From: Candidatus Bathyarchaeia archaeon | Lineage (GTDB): Archaea; Thermoproteota; Bathyarchaeia; 40CM-2-53-6 | Assembly: GCA_049513715.1 (NCBI GenBank) | Contig: JBEKVV010000002.1 | Location: 480,001-544,000 of the forward strand | Length of the DNA: 64,000 bases | Reading direction: 5' to 3' | Translations under genes and position numbers: made by a program | Part shown: piece by piece, positions 27,610 to 38,969 of the stretch | Numbering within the stretch: the first letter of the stretch is position 1 | How the letters are laid out: every line of letters begins with the position of its first letter | Notes under the pieces: generated by a model | What the model was told of the DNA's origin: nothing | What the model saw: the letters and a program-made list of their open reading frames with translations, nothing else | The model's database searches: none

Positions 27610-27987
27610 CTATCTTCCTGCCTCGATGAGTTCCAGCCAATTCCCGTCTGGGTCCTTTATGAAGGCGATTTTCGAGGTTGAGCCTTGCAATGAGAAGGGT
27701 TCCATGGCGATTGTCACACCCTTGCCCTTGAGTTCTCTAACCGTGGCGTTTACGTCTTCAACCCCGAAGGCAATATGATCGAAATTGTCGCCCTCCATCA
27801 ATGTTTTCTTGTCGCGCCAGTGTGTCAACTCGATTGCTGCACCATCTTTGTCTTTGAGAAAGGCGATCTCTGCGTTATTCTGTTTCACCTCTCGACGGCC
27901 TTCCAACTGGAGCCCTAGGTGGCGAGTGTAGAATTCAATGGACGTCTCTAGGTCAGATACGTTCAGGCAGGTATGCAGAAGCCTCAC
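27610..27987 (-). CDS. VOC family protein, lactoylglutathione lyase-like
   Basis: HTCLNVSD, IELTH, HIAFGV, FIKDPDGNWLE. Confidence 0.88.
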   Translation of the reverse strand: MRLLHTCLNVSDLETSIEFYTRHLGLQLEGRREVKQNNAEIAFLKDKDGAAIELTHWRDKKTLMEGDNFDHIAFGVEDVNATVRELKGKGVTIAMEPFSLQGSTSKIAFIKDPDGNWLELIEAGR

Positions 27988-28044
27988 AGGAAAATCCCGA
28001 GGTTAAGTTAGAATGAGCTTGGATTTATGTCAGCAGGTTCTGCG

Positions 28045-28083
28045 GATAAAGAGAGGAAGGGTAAGGATTTTTCTTCCTTACCC
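28045..28083 (-). terminator. Intrinsic-type terminator of gdhA
   Basis: Perfect 9-bp inverted repeat GGGTAAGGA/TCCTTACCC (28059-28083) followed on the minus strand by TTCCTCTCTTT. Confidence 0.75.
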
Positions 28084-28119
28084 ACTTTCGTCCGTGATGT
28101 TGCAGTCGAGGTTGTCAGT

Positions 28120-29481
<1,362 letters not shown>

Positions 29482-29594
29482 TTACACCAATGTTTTTTGA
29501 AGTGTCAAACCTGCCGCTTCTCATTATGTATAAACGCTGTGGCAAGCTTTTATTTCGCGAAATGAGAATCAGCCACGCTTGGTTCGGGTGAACA

Positions 29595-29801
29595 TTGCTG
29601 TCAGAAAAGTCGGAGTCTAAGAAACGTGGAATGATTCATGTTGCTCTTGCAATTGTGGCTGCAGCTTTGATTATGTCGCCTAGCTACTTGGCTGATATCA
29701 TGCTCAAGAGGCTGAAGCTCCCGATAGCAGCGGTTGCCGTGATTTCGCTCGCGCTCTTCATAATCGGCGTCTACCTTGTAGTAAGATTGGTAAAAGACTA
29801 A
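29595..29801 (+). CDS. Small 2-TM membrane protein
   Basis: GGGTGA SD before TTG; two hydrophobic helices. Confidence 0.6.
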   Translation: MLSEKSESKKRGMIHVALAIVAAALIMSPSYLADIMLKRLKLPIAAVAVISLALFIIGVYLVVRLVKD

Positions 29802-29813
29802 CTGCAGGCTTCC

Positions 29814-30617
29814 TCAGAAAATTCTCTGAAGCAGAAGATACGTGTAGGCTGTAAGCCCTACTGAAACGGCGAACAGGACTGCCCAGTATTGGCGTTTCCA
29901 CGTGAAGACCTTCCTTCCATCAAAGACAGAGAACGGTATCAAGTTGAACAATGCCAAGAAAGCGTTGATAGCAGCCCCGTAGAGCAGGGCCGCGTAAATC
30001 AGTCCTCCACGGAAGATTGGCAAAAGGATAAGAAGGCTTGCAGTGATGATTATGTTGACCATGGGCCCTGCAAAAGCGGTGCGGCCCATTTTGTCTTTGT
30101 CCGCGAGGCCTGAAATCACTACGGCTCCAGGTGCGATGAATTTTAGCGGTGAAACAATCGAGAGGGCCGTGAGCAACAGACCCGTCATGTTCAGACGAAA
30201 TTCAGCCCACAAGCCGTAGCCCTGCGCAACATATTTGTGCGAAAGCTCGTGGAGAATAAAGCCCATGGCGAACAGAACAGTGGCCACCCCCAGTCCCACT
30301 ATGCTCACCTCAAGTGGGCTTCCCACAAAAAACGAAACACCCGCAGCCGTCACCAACGCTGTGCCCACGATCAAATGCCGCACCTCGGTTTTGCTGAATT
30401 TGACGGTTCGGCGTTGTGGTTGAATCAGCGTACTCCGTGTTTCTGTTGAAAGCTGGAAGGGTGACGCATTTGCTCTAGCTGACCTAATTGCTTTTACGCG
30501 CCAAGTTTCGCTACAGTCATGATTCTCAGGGAGCCTGTGTTCCGGGCAATAGAAATGTTCGCAGTAGTTGCACTTGAATGGTAGGTCAACTTCGACGCCG
30601 CAAGTTGCGCATTTCAA
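29814..30617 (-). CDS. AN1-type Zn finger fused to an M50/site-2-like intramembrane metalloprotease
   Basis: CATC..CNYC..YCPEHRLPENHDC; HELSH; AGP; NLIP..FDG. Confidence 0.88.
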   Translation of the reverse strand: MKCATCGVEVDLPFKCNYCEHFYCPEHRLPENHDCSETWRVKAIRSARANASPFQLSTETRSTLIQPQRRTVKFSKTEVRHLIVGTALVTAAGVSFFVGSPLEVSIVGLGVATVLFAMGFILHELSHKYVAQGYGLWAEFRLNMTGLLLTALSIVSPLKFIAPGAVVISGLADKDKMGRTAFAGPMVNIIITASLLILLPIFRGGLIYAALLYGAAINAFLALFNLIPFSVFDGRKVFTWKRQYWAVLFAVSVGLTAYTYLLLQRIF

Positions 30618-30783
30618 CGGCTAAGTTCTCCATTCATGGAACTATGAGCTGGGTTCATACTTTTAATGTAAATGCTACCGTCGTCGGTTTCGTGGTACTT
30701 AGGAGACTGGCGATGGCCTCCATTTTTCGTCAAGAACTGTCGCCTACCTGACATCAGGCGTTGGCAAGCATCATGTACGCAGT

Positions 30784-32193
30784 TTATGCCGTCTGGTCAG
30801 TGGGATTGCCACGATAGGCGTCACTGGCTTCCCTGCCACGGCCGTGTACTTGGAGAAAGAGAACGACGAGCATTGGAATCAGGAGTAGCGCGATCCAAGC
30901 TCCATCAAGGAACTTGCTGGCACCGACGATAACGAAGGTTACCCCAGTCGCCAGAGCTCCTACAGCGTTCACAATGGCCTTAGGCTTCCACCCTTTACTG
31001 CGTTCGCGCCGCCAATGTATTACCATCCCAACCTGCGACAATGTCCAGGCCAAAAACACGCCTACGGCGAACAGCGGTATCAAAGCATGGCTGCTGCCTG
31101 AAAAGACCACGATCAACACCATAGCCGAGCCTGCGAGAAGCAAGATTCCGTTCGAAAAAACCGACCGCGAGTTCAACTTCATGAGTCGCTTAGGAAGGAA
31201 ACCGTCGCCTGCCATGACGCTCATGAGGCGGGGCAAGCCCGCAAAACTGGTGTTTGCTCCTACAGTAAGAAGGATCATGGTAGAGACTTGGATGATGAGG
31301 TACAAGGGCCCGCTACCTAGAAGTCGGCGCGCGAGCGCGGACAAGATTGTTTCTTGCGGGCCTGCGACCACAGCAAGATACTGAACTAGTCCAATGCTAC
31401 CCAGAAACAAGGTGCCCATCAAGAGCGCCATGATAATCATTGTTTGCCCGGCATTCTTGGTTTCAGGAGGTCTGAAGGACGGAACACCATTACTGATCGC
31501 TTCAATGCCCGTCATAGCGGTGCATCCAGTCGAAAACGTATGCAACAACAGAACCAGGGTCAGAGGTTGAACAGCTGGTGGAGCACTGGCGGTTAGTGAG
31601 CCAGGGCCCTCAAGAGAAAGTCGCACTCCACCGTATCCTAGCATGGGCAAATACGCAAACAAGAACAAGTAAACTGGAATCGCCATAACAATGCCACTCT
31701 CCCGCATTCCTCGTAAGTTCAACAGGGTTATGGCGCCCAGGAGCAAAAGTGACAGGATGACTCTGTATGACCACAGCTCTGGGAAAGCTGATGCAATAGC
31801 GTCCACGCCCGTTGTCAGACTCACTGCTACGTTCAGCAAGTAGTTGACGATTAGGGCGGCCGCGGCCATCAGCCCCGGGACAGTGCCCAATGTTGTCCGT
31901 GCAACCTCATAGGAGCCTCCGCCGCTGGGGTACTTTTGGACAATTTGATAGTACGATAAAGCCAGGACTGCGAGGAGTCCAGTGATAGCCAACGCGATGG
32001 GAAGGGCATATACTAGTCCTAGACTCCCAGCGATTACCAAGCCTAGGTAAATTTCCTGGTCAGCGTAACCTATCGATGCCAAAGCGTCGGGCGAAAATGC
32101 CGCAAGAGCCTGTATCTTGCTTAATCTCCTATGCTCGTCCTCTCCGTCCTTCAAGGTGCCCGCTCCAGTCCGTTCTACTTTCCAAGAGGCCAT
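30784..32193 (-). CDS. APC family permease, KimA/YdaO-like, lacking the cytosolic C-terminal domain
   Basis: ALAAFSPDALASIGY, YPSGGGSY, AMTGIEAISNGVP, ANTSFAGLPRL, LIPLFAVGVF. Confidence 0.85.
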   Translation of the reverse strand: MASWKVERTGAGTLKDGEDEHRRLSKIQALAAFSPDALASIGYADQEIYLGLVIAGSLGLVYALPIALAITGLLAVLALSYYQIVQKYPSGGGSYEVARTTLGTVPGLMAAAALIVNYLLNVAVSLTTGVDAIASAFPELWSYRVILSLLLLGAITLLNLRGMRESGIVMAIPVYLFLFAYLPMLGYGGVRLSLEGPGSLTASAPPAVQPLTLVLLLHTFSTGCTAMTGIEAISNGVPSFRPPETKNAGQTMIIMALLMGTLFLGSIGLVQYLAVVAGPQETILSALARRLLGSGPLYLIIQVSTMILLTVGANTSFAGLPRLMSVMAGDGFLPKRLMKLNSRSVFSNGILLLAGSAMVLIVVFSGSSHALIPLFAVGVFLAWTLSQVGMVIHWRRERSKGWKPKAIVNAVGALATGVTFVIVGASKFLDGAWIALLLIPMLVVLFLQVHGRGREASDAYRGNPTDQTA

Positions 32194-32480
32194 TAAAGTG
32201 ATGCTGCTTTGACTGTCGTTGGAAACCTCATGTATTTATCTCCACAAGATTGGTTAGTGCGTTATTATTGTAACTAGTTCGACAGTTCCAATTCGGTCTT
32301 ACATGCCAATCTTCGAATCAGTTGGCTTCGCTATTTAGCTGAATCTCCACACTTCATTCCGGCTAAGATATCGCGAGGCGGAGCATCGTGAACATGAGGG
32401 GCTCCGGGCATTTTTCGGGGTGGAAAGGTACTCGTTTTTAATCCTGGTACAATACCATTGAGTTGCAATGAGGATCAACG

Positions 32481-32657
32481 TTGCCTAAGTGTGAAACTTG
32501 CGGTAGGGAGTTTGAGAAACTCGAAAAGTGTCAGTACTGCGAGAAAGAGTTTTGCCAAGAAGACTATCAGCAACACATGGCATGGGAACTACGCCACGCC
32601 GGCTTGGCTGAGGAGGAAGGCGCCTTCTGGAGGAAGAGGCGCGAAAGCCCCTCCTAA
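32481..32657 (+). CDS. 58-aa AN1-like Zn-finger microprotein (not in ORF track)
   Basis: MPKCETCGREFEKLEKCQYCEKEFCQEDYQQH...; GAGGA SD, TTG start, TTTTTAA upstream. Confidence 0.75.
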   Translation: MPKCETCGREFEKLEKCQYCEKEFCQEDYQQHMAWELRHAGLAEEEGAFWRKRRESPS

Positions 32658-32751
32658 TGAACCAAAGCCTAATTCCTGCCGAACCTTCTATTGCTGAGAG
32701 AATCAAGCAGGCAGTTTTATTACCTCTGCCATGAAGGTACGCGTGAACATT

Positions 32752-32967
32752 ATGTCCAAGTACATGAAGCAAGAAGAGCGCGCGAGCATTCCAAAGCATC
32801 GGCATTGCGTAGTTTGCTCGACCCCAGTGTCGATGGACAAAGAGTTCTGTGGTCCGAACTGCGAAGACCAATTCAAACGTGGAGAGCGGAAGAGGAAATA
32901 CACTTTCATAGCGATTCTGTTACTGTTCCCCGTGCTGTTCCTTGTCCTGACTTTGCTTCGCAGGTAA
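32752..32967 (+). CDS. DUF2116-like Zn-ribbon membrane protein
   Basis: PKHRHCVVC..P..FC..C then a C-terminal TM; TTTTATTA about 30 nt upstream. Alternative start 32731. Confidence 0.8.
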   Translation: MSKYMKQEERASIPKHRHCVVCSTPVSMDKEFCGPNCEDQFKRGERKRKYTFIAILLLFPVLFLVLTLLRR

Positions 32968-33085
32968 TGGCTATTCAATTCCTGTAACATAGTTCCCGTT
33001 AGCCGTCCCACATTTGGTACACTACTTTCTTTCGATTGTCAACTTTTAAATATACATCAGCCGCCCAACAGCGATTCGACGAAAA

Positions 33086-34813
33086 TTGTCTGAAAAGAAA
33101 CTATTCGTAAGAAAAGCAACAGGGCTTGTCAGAGAAGTCGGTCCACTAACAGCGGTCATCATCATCCTCTGCAACACTATGGGTCTCGGGTGGCAGAAAC
33201 GCGTCTTCCAGTTCACTGGTGCAGCTCCGCTACCAGAGAACCTCTGGGTTGCAGGAATTCCACCAATGGTTATGGCATTCCTGATCGGCGGAATAATCAT
33301 AATGCTATCAGTTCTAACCTTCTCAATTCTGATTGCGGCAATGCCTCGATCAGGAGGAGGATACGTTGTCATCTCAAGGCTTATCAGTCCACTTTGGGCC
33401 TTCATCGGCTCTTGGTTCGAGTTTCTCAGCATCTCATGGTCCTTCGGGATCATAGCGGTCGCTGTTTTTGAAGGAATATACTTCATATTTGGACCAATAG
33501 TCGGCGTTACGGCAGCTGGAGTCAATGACGTCTTCCTATTCGCAGGAGGTCTCGCGCTCGTCGTACTCTTCACGGTCATCGGATCCCTAGGGGTAAGAAT
33601 GGCAGGATACCTTCTACAAGTGATGTTCTGGATTCCAGCAATCCTAACCGTCTACGTAATCTACTTGCTAGCAACCTCAGTAAGCAGCCCGGCTTCACTA
33701 GCGGCAGGAATCGCAGCATTCGGTACGAGTCAAGGCATGCCAGGCCTAACAGCTGACATGTACGTCAAGGGAGCCTTGGCACAAGGCATGGATGTGGCTA
33801 ATGTCGGAAACTACTGGAGCGCAGTCTCCACCGCCATGATCGGCGCATACTTCGCATACATCGGCTATGCAGCATCAACATTCGTCGCTGGCGAGGTGAA
33901 GGAAGCAAACAAGAGCCTACCAAAGGTTCTACTGCTATCCTCAGTGGTCATCATGGTCATGTACATGGTGGTCTCGTCCTTCGGAGCATACGCAGCGGCG
34001 GCACTCGGGCGCGTGACCCTAGCTAACGGCAACACGTGGTCATTCTTCGAGGCCTACTCATACCTATCCTACGGCGCAGGCAACCTAGCCAAAGCAGGTG
34101 TTCCAGCAGTAAAGGCATGGACAACAACAATCGCAGCATTCACAGGACTCGGTCTAGGTCTTGGCTCACTCAACTGGCTGCTCTTCATATTCGGAGTACT
34201 CTGGGTCGCCAACGACATTCCACCCTTCATATTGACTGCATCTCGTATCCTCTTCGCCATGGCATTCGACAGAGTTCTTCCAGGATCCTTTGCAGCCGTG
34301 AACGAGAGATTCCACTCACCAGTCAACGCAACGATAGCCACAGGAGTCTTCGGCCTGCTCGGAATCTTCTCAGAATCCGGAATAGCATCTAACGGGGGCA
34401 GTTGGAACCCTGGTGGAGCCGCAGGCGGTCTAATGAACAGCATCTTCAGCATTGGCGTAGCCAGCACAGACCTTTTCGACGCAGTCTTCTTCACTCTCTT
34501 CGCTTTGGCCCTCGTCGTTCTACCTTTCAGAAGGCCGAAGATATTCGCGACTGCACCGTTCAAGATCGGTGGCAAAATGGGCACGGCATTCATCGGAGTG
34601 TTGGGTGTCGCAGCGAACTTGGTCTTGGACTGGATGATCCTAACAGCACCGCAAGACAGCTACAACATACTCGCCCCGACAATGGATAACTGGTTCGCCA
34701 TAGGCTTCACCCTGCTGCTCGGCGTATTGGCCGCAGTGGTGTACTGGTACTACAAGTTCGCCAAGAAAGACGTCGACTACTCAACAATCTTCACAGAAAT
34801 TCCGCCCGAATAA
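33086..34813 (+). CDS. APC family amino acid permease
   Basis: FVRKATGLVRE, AMPRSGGGYV, AGEVK, SRILFAMAFDR, C-terminal EIPPE; TTTTAAATATA promoter at 33043. Confidence 0.92.
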   Translation: MSEKKLFVRKATGLVREVGPLTAVIIILCNTMGLGWQKRVFQFTGAAPLPENLWVAGIPPMVMAFLIGGIIIMLSVLTFSILIAAMPRSGGGYVVISRLISPLWAFIGSWFEFLSISWSFGIIAVAVFEGIYFIFGPIVGVTAAGVNDVFLFAGGLALVVLFTVIGSLGVRMAGYLLQVMFWIPAILTVYVIYLLATSVSSPASLAAGIAAFGTSQGMPGLTADMYVKGALAQGMDVANVGNYWSAVSTAMIGAYFAYIGYAASTFVAGEVKEANKSLPKVLLLSSVVIMVMYMVVSSFGAYAAAALGRVTLANGNTWSFFEAYSYLSYGAGNLAKAGVPAVKAWTTTIAAFTGLGLGLGSLNWLLFIFGVLWVANDIPPFILTASRILFAMAFDRVLPGSFAAVNERFHSPVNATIATGVFGLLGIFSESGIASNGGSWNPGGAAGGLMNSIFSIGVASTDLFDAVFFTLFALALVVLPFRRPKIFATAPFKIGGKMGTAFIGVLGVAANLVLDWMILTAPQDSYNILAPTMDNWFAIGFTLLLGVLAAVVYWYYKFAKKDVDYSTIFTEIPPE

Positions 34814-34820
34814 ACAAGCC

Positions 34821-34852
34821 CCCTTCTCTTTTTCTTTTTTCTTTTCTCTTTT
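34821..34852 (+). terminator. Oligo-T/pyrimidine archaeal terminator
   Basis: About 30 uninterrupted pyrimidines right after the stop codon. Confidence 0.75.
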
Positions 34853-35182
34853 GCATCATCAGCTATTCTTCATGACTCTCTGTGAGTCTTGGAACTGGGA
34901 CTAGCGTCCTGTTGCATCGTCGGCAGTTTGTCGCATTGATTTTCATGGGGACGAGTTTTCCAAGCATCAATGTGATTTGGACATCCTCGTGACCTAGGAA
35001 AAAGCACTGCAGTATTCTAAACATGCGAATAAGGGTCAATGGTGGGTCAAGGTCTCGTCGAAGTTGTATGAATCAAACAACCATGGTCGAGGATAAATCG
35101 CACTTACAACACGTATGTGCATGCTGGAAGTCCTTGGCATGTGTTTGGATTTGGCAGCAGATTTAAGGAGTCTCAGGGTGAA

Positions 35183-35770
35183 ATGAGGCGCGATCGTATT
35201 CTATTGCGCAGTGGATATGCGGGAAGTCTCGCGATTGCTGCTGGTGCGTACATTGCCGGACTTGGCTGGGCCGCCTCACTTGGGCTCCTAGTTGGAGTAG
35301 CATTTCTGTCTAGGGCCTCCATATACCTATACTTTGAACGGTTCTTAGCTTTCAGAACATTCGAGGACTTCAGAGCAGAGAGGATAAGGCACGAGTGCAT
35401 CGCATGCGGAGCTTCATGTCACTTGAAAGTAAATCTTGGAAAAGATGATGTTGAACGCATTCTGAATTATGCAACAGAAAAAGGCATACGTGACACGGTC
35501 ATTGAGAAGAGTGGAAGCAACTTCTGGTTAAAAAGACTGAGAAGTGGTGCCTGCGTCTTCTTGACATACGAAGGGGCGAGGCCCCGGTGTTCAATTTATC
35601 CTATTAGGCCCATGGCGTGCAGGCTCTACCCCCTGGTACCATCTGGAAACAGGTTGAAGGTCGATCCTCTCTGCCCAGGATTGAGCAGCACCCAAGGGCA
35701 TACATTCAAGCAACATCTCGCCACCCAAGAAATAGGAGCATATGTCAGAAAAGCGACGGGAAAGATTTGA
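35183..35770 (+). CDS. Membrane-anchored YkgJ-family cysteine cluster protein
   Basis: N-terminal TMs; CIACGASC, CVFL, CSIYPIRPMACRLYP, CPG; GGGTGA SD before ATG 35183. Confidence 0.8.
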   Translation: MRRDRILLRSGYAGSLAIAAGAYIAGLGWAASLGLLVGVAFLSRASIYLYFERFLAFRTFEDFRAERIRHECIACGASCHLKVNLGKDDVERILNYATEKGIRDTVIEKSGSNFWLKRLRSGACVFLTYEGARPRCSIYPIRPMACRLYPLVPSGNRLKVDPLCPGLSSTQGHTFKQHLATQEIGAYVRKATGKI

Positions 35771-35836
35771 CGCTCAACCCAAGAAGGTCAAATGTATATC
35801 TGAATGAAAGGGAACTAGCTACAGGGCATACTTAGA

Positions 35837-36811
35837 TTGGTTCGCGCCTCAAGGGTTCAAGTGTCCAGAATAGCCGTCTACTGGGCAGTGCTGACATTTG
35901 GCCTAGCTCTTTTCTGGACTGTTGCACTCAACGCACTTGGGGTCAGTGGAGTTGGTCCAGCACTCACTCTCGTCGTTCCGATGGCCCTTGGTGGCGCAAT
36001 TTCAGTTCTCTACTATTTCGCCCGTATTCATGTTGTTCTCGAATACGACGATCAAGGCTACCGAATCGTCAAAGGAAAGAAAAATGTGGAACCTCACAGC
36101 TGGTCGGAGTTCAAGGAGTGCTCACTGATCAGAGATGCTTATGGAAGAAACAAGGTGCGGGCATACACGGAAAGAGACGGGAATCATATCGATATAGACA
36201 CGTCAGCATGTGGTGCCGACCCATACGCTTTCAGAGACCTCATGGCTAATCACCTCAGGGCCCTCGGCTACTCAGAACAGCAATCGCGCTCAATGGCGAT
36301 CTTTGCTGGACTCGAGAGGGAAATTCAACGCGGCCGGGCCACCTGGGTCGCGGACCTGAATGAGACATTTAGGGAGTACCAGCTGTCGGGAGAGCTTTTC
36401 CCTTTGATAGCAAGGGGCAGCACCCGGCCCAAAGGGTTCTTGCTGTCAAGGTTTGTTGCAGTGACCGTAATGCCAAACTACCAAGTCTGCCTCTACGCGG
36501 ATGATATCAGCAGCGCAGACAAAGCCTCAAAATCACACATCATGCGCCTTGTACGTCTTATTGAAACGCAACGTGATGAAAAGGACATCAAGTGGTCGTG
36601 GTTGTTACTCTTCCGCGATCGAGATCCACCGGATTCGGTCAGCAGGCTGATTCAGGAATTTGGGAACAAAGATGTGGGTATCGGCTGCGTCGACATGAGC
36701 TCAGGCAACATGATTACTAGCGCCAATCAGCTGGGTACCAGTTTAAGGAAGGAGATGCGGTTTAACCGCCTAATTCGAGACTTGAAAAAACGAAACCTAT
36801 TGAACGCGTGA
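35837..36811 (+). CDS. Hypothetical membrane protein (2 TM + soluble domains)
   Basis: 324-aa intact ORF; two N-terminal TMs followed by a PH-like pattern. Confidence 0.7.
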   Translation: MVRASRVQVSRIAVYWAVLTFGLALFWTVALNALGVSGVGPALTLVVPMALGGAISVLYYFARIHVVLEYDDQGYRIVKGKKNVEPHSWSEFKECSLIRDAYGRNKVRAYTERDGNHIDIDTSACGADPYAFRDLMANHLRALGYSEQQSRSMAIFAGLEREIQRGRATWVADLNETFREYQLSGELFPLIARGSTRPKGFLLSRFVAVTVMPNYQVCLYADDISSADKASKSHIMRLVRLIETQRDEKDIKWSWLLLFRDRDPPDSVSRLIQEFGNKDVGIGCVDMSSGNMITSANQLGTSLRKEMRFNRLIRDLKKRNLLNA

Positions 36812-36818
36812 GTCTTGA

Positions 36819-37769
36819 CTATCCTTCTACACGCTGTAGCTTGCGGATCTTCTGGCCATCAATCTCAATCAAATAGGCGCTCAAGATGCCTTCAGTGTAC
36901 TCCGACCCGGGATTCATGCACTGCGTTCGGCCAATGTTCATCCAGCCTCGGCATTCGTGAATGTGGCCATGCAGACCCAGCAGGGGCTGATACTTCTCGA
37001 TGATAGCGCGAACCGCCTTCGCACCAACAGGAATGATGACTGGTCGTCCACCCTCCACAACAGGACGAAGGTTCTTGTCCAACAATGGTGCTTGGTCTAT
37101 TTGAGATTCGAACGGTGGGCAATGCAGGCAGAAGAGGGAATTCGGTACGTTCTTGACTTGGGAGGCTAGTTTCTCCAACTTCACCGTCAACTCATCTTCC
37201 GAACATTCACGCGGGCTATTCCAAGGGGTCGGGTTCGCCCATCCGCAACACGCCGCCTCATGTTCGCCGTCGAGGTCTACCACAGACTCCTCGGCATAGA
37301 TTACGTGTGGACACGCTTTGATTACCTCGTCGAGTTCGAACTTATCATCATTACCGGGATGGAGTAACACCTTAGTCTCCTTCGGAACTCTGGATGGGAC
37401 CATGTCCAGCCAAGATTGCAACGTCACACATTCAAGTTTTGCAAATATCTTCTCGATTTCATCTTGCGAAGCTTGCTTGAGCGTTTCAAACTCTTTCTCG
37501 CTGCAAACGTAGGGTATGTAGCAATGCTCTCCCACAAGGGCCTTGAACTCCTCTAGTTTACTGGGTTGTATTGTGTGGATTTGTTCTAGGAAGTCGGCTT
37601 TGTAGGTTCCATCCGGTTGTAGCACAATTGGCGTGAGTATCTTAGCGGTTATGTCCCCGCCCATGATTAGCCAATCGGCTTTGAACACCTTCGCCGAGTT
37701 CAGAAACTTCCGCCAAACCAGCTCGTTGCCATGGAAGTCGGAAGCGAAAACTATCCTTACTTTAGCCAA
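36819..37769 (-). CDS. Calcineurin-like (Icc-related) metallophosphoesterase
   Basis: SDFHG, GGD, PGNDD, HCPP, HGHIHE, NPGSEY. Confidence 0.9.
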   Translation of the reverse strand: MAKVRIVFASDFHGNELVWRKFLNSAKVFKADWLIMGGDITAKILTPIVLQPDGTYKADFLEQIHTIQPSKLEEFKALVGEHCYIPYVCSEKEFETLKQASQDEIEKIFAKLECVTLQSWLDMVPSRVPKETKVLLHPGNDDKFELDEVIKACPHVIYAEESVVDLDGEHEAACCGWANPTPWNSPRECSEDELTVKLEKLASQVKNVPNSLFCLHCPPFESQIDQAPLLDKNLRPVVEGGRPVIIPVGAKAVRAIIEKYQPLLGLHGHIHECRGWMNIGRTQCMNPGSEYTEGILSAYLIEIDGQKIRKLQRVEG

Positions 37770-37818
37770 GTATCTTTTCCGGCCCAGATTGGGTTTAAAG
37801 CGTATTTCAAGTTTGCCG

Positions 37819-38598
37819 CTAGTCGCGTTGGACTTCTTCGACGGCGTTATACCACTTCTTGGCAGGGCCGATTTTTGCTCGGAGCTTCCACTGAAGCGTC
37901 TTGGGGGTACCTTCGATAATTGCCTGTAGCTTATCGATCCTTTCAGAAACGACCTTCTTGTCTTCTGCGGTGAGCGTGGGATATTTGTCCATGAACTGTT
38001 TGATTTTTGGAAGGTTCAATGTAACGGTATGATAGAAGCCCCATTCGGTTGATAGCAGCTTGGCCACGTAGTCGCCATTAATCTCCTCCTTGTCGGTCTT
38101 GCCGATATCGTATTCCAGTAGCAATATGATGGCGTCTTGAATGTCCTTTTCGTTGGTTTGAACGATCTGCAGTTTCTGAAGTAATAGTTCAGCGAGGGGC
38201 ACCGTCGGGGTATCGAGCTCAAGTCTGCCAGTGTAGTCTAGGACGTGGCACATTTCCAGTTTGCCGAGGAAGACGTCGATGGCTTTGTTTCCTTCCTTGT
38301 CGTTGAAGATTTGTCTGTGCCTGCCTGTGGCTCCCGTGAGCATGAGTGAAATGTAGGGTTCGTATCCTAAGTCGACGAAAAGTTCTTTCGTCTTTGGGCG
38401 AAACTTGCTGTATGTAACGAAATCCATATCGTGTTTAGGTGCTCGTTTGAGCCGTTCGTACATTCCCTCATGCTTAGGGCAGTGCATCCTGATCGCGGCC
38501 CCGCCCAGAATTCGCAGAGGTACTTTCCTTTCGTCAGCAACGGCTATTATTCGTCGTATCTCTTTTGAGAAGTCATTGAAAGTTGCAAATTCGCCCAA
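37819..38598 (-). CDS. Uncharacterised nucleotidyltransferase-fold protein
   Basis: LRILGGAA...HDMDF (GG..DxD), IDVF, LLLQKLQ..KD. Confidence 0.7.
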   Translation of the reverse strand: MGEFATFNDFSKEIRRIIAVADERKVPLRILGGAAIRMHCPKHEGMYERLKRAPKHDMDFVTYSKFRPKTKELFVDLGYEPYISLMLTGATGRHRQIFNDKEGNKAIDVFLGKLEMCHVLDYTGRLELDTPTVPLAELLLQKLQIVQTNEKDIQDAIILLLEYDIGKTDKEEINGDYVAKLLSTEWGFYHTVTLNLPKIKQFMDKYPTLTAEDKKVVSERIDKLQAIIEGTPKTLQWKLRAKIGPAKKWYNAVEEVQRD

Positions 38599-38861
38599 TC
38601 ACAAACTCATCCTGAAACAACAATCGATCTTGTTTTACATGAATGGGATTTGTGTTTCCACATATCCTATTCAAGAGAGGCTTGTGTTTGTTATTAAATT
38701 CATCTATGGTTCATCACGTACCTTCAGAGTTCGTCCCTCATTTTGCGAGGGGCTTCCACGAATGTCTACGTGGCGAGTTTTGTTAACATCCGACTGTATA
38801 TTGCGTTAGTGTCTGTTGAGATTCAATTAGTGATTCACGGTCTCATTGATGAGCCAAACCT

Positions 38862-38878
38862 AATGAGTCAGTCTCATT
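38862..38878. promoter_or_regulatory. Palindromic operator candidate AATGAG-N5-CTCATT
   Basis: Perfect 6-bp arms in a divergent intergenic region, with extra half-sites at 38841-38853. Confidence 0.4.
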
Positions 38879-38969
38879 TTCAACGCAAAATTCTCCGAAG
38901 AATGCCTCGAACCTTAATTTGACAGCGAGCATGACATCTATGTGATTATTATTCTGAGGTACTGTCCAA

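Noticed and set aside
32194..32460. c-di-AMP (ydaO) riboswitch upstream of the KimA-like gene
   Set aside because: GCTGAATC and GGGGTG fragments lie on the wrong strand and the rest of the consensus is absent
32458..32697. 79-aa track ORF
   Set aside because: The overlapping frame 32481..32657 has a coherent Zn-finger and an SD, so it is the better gene
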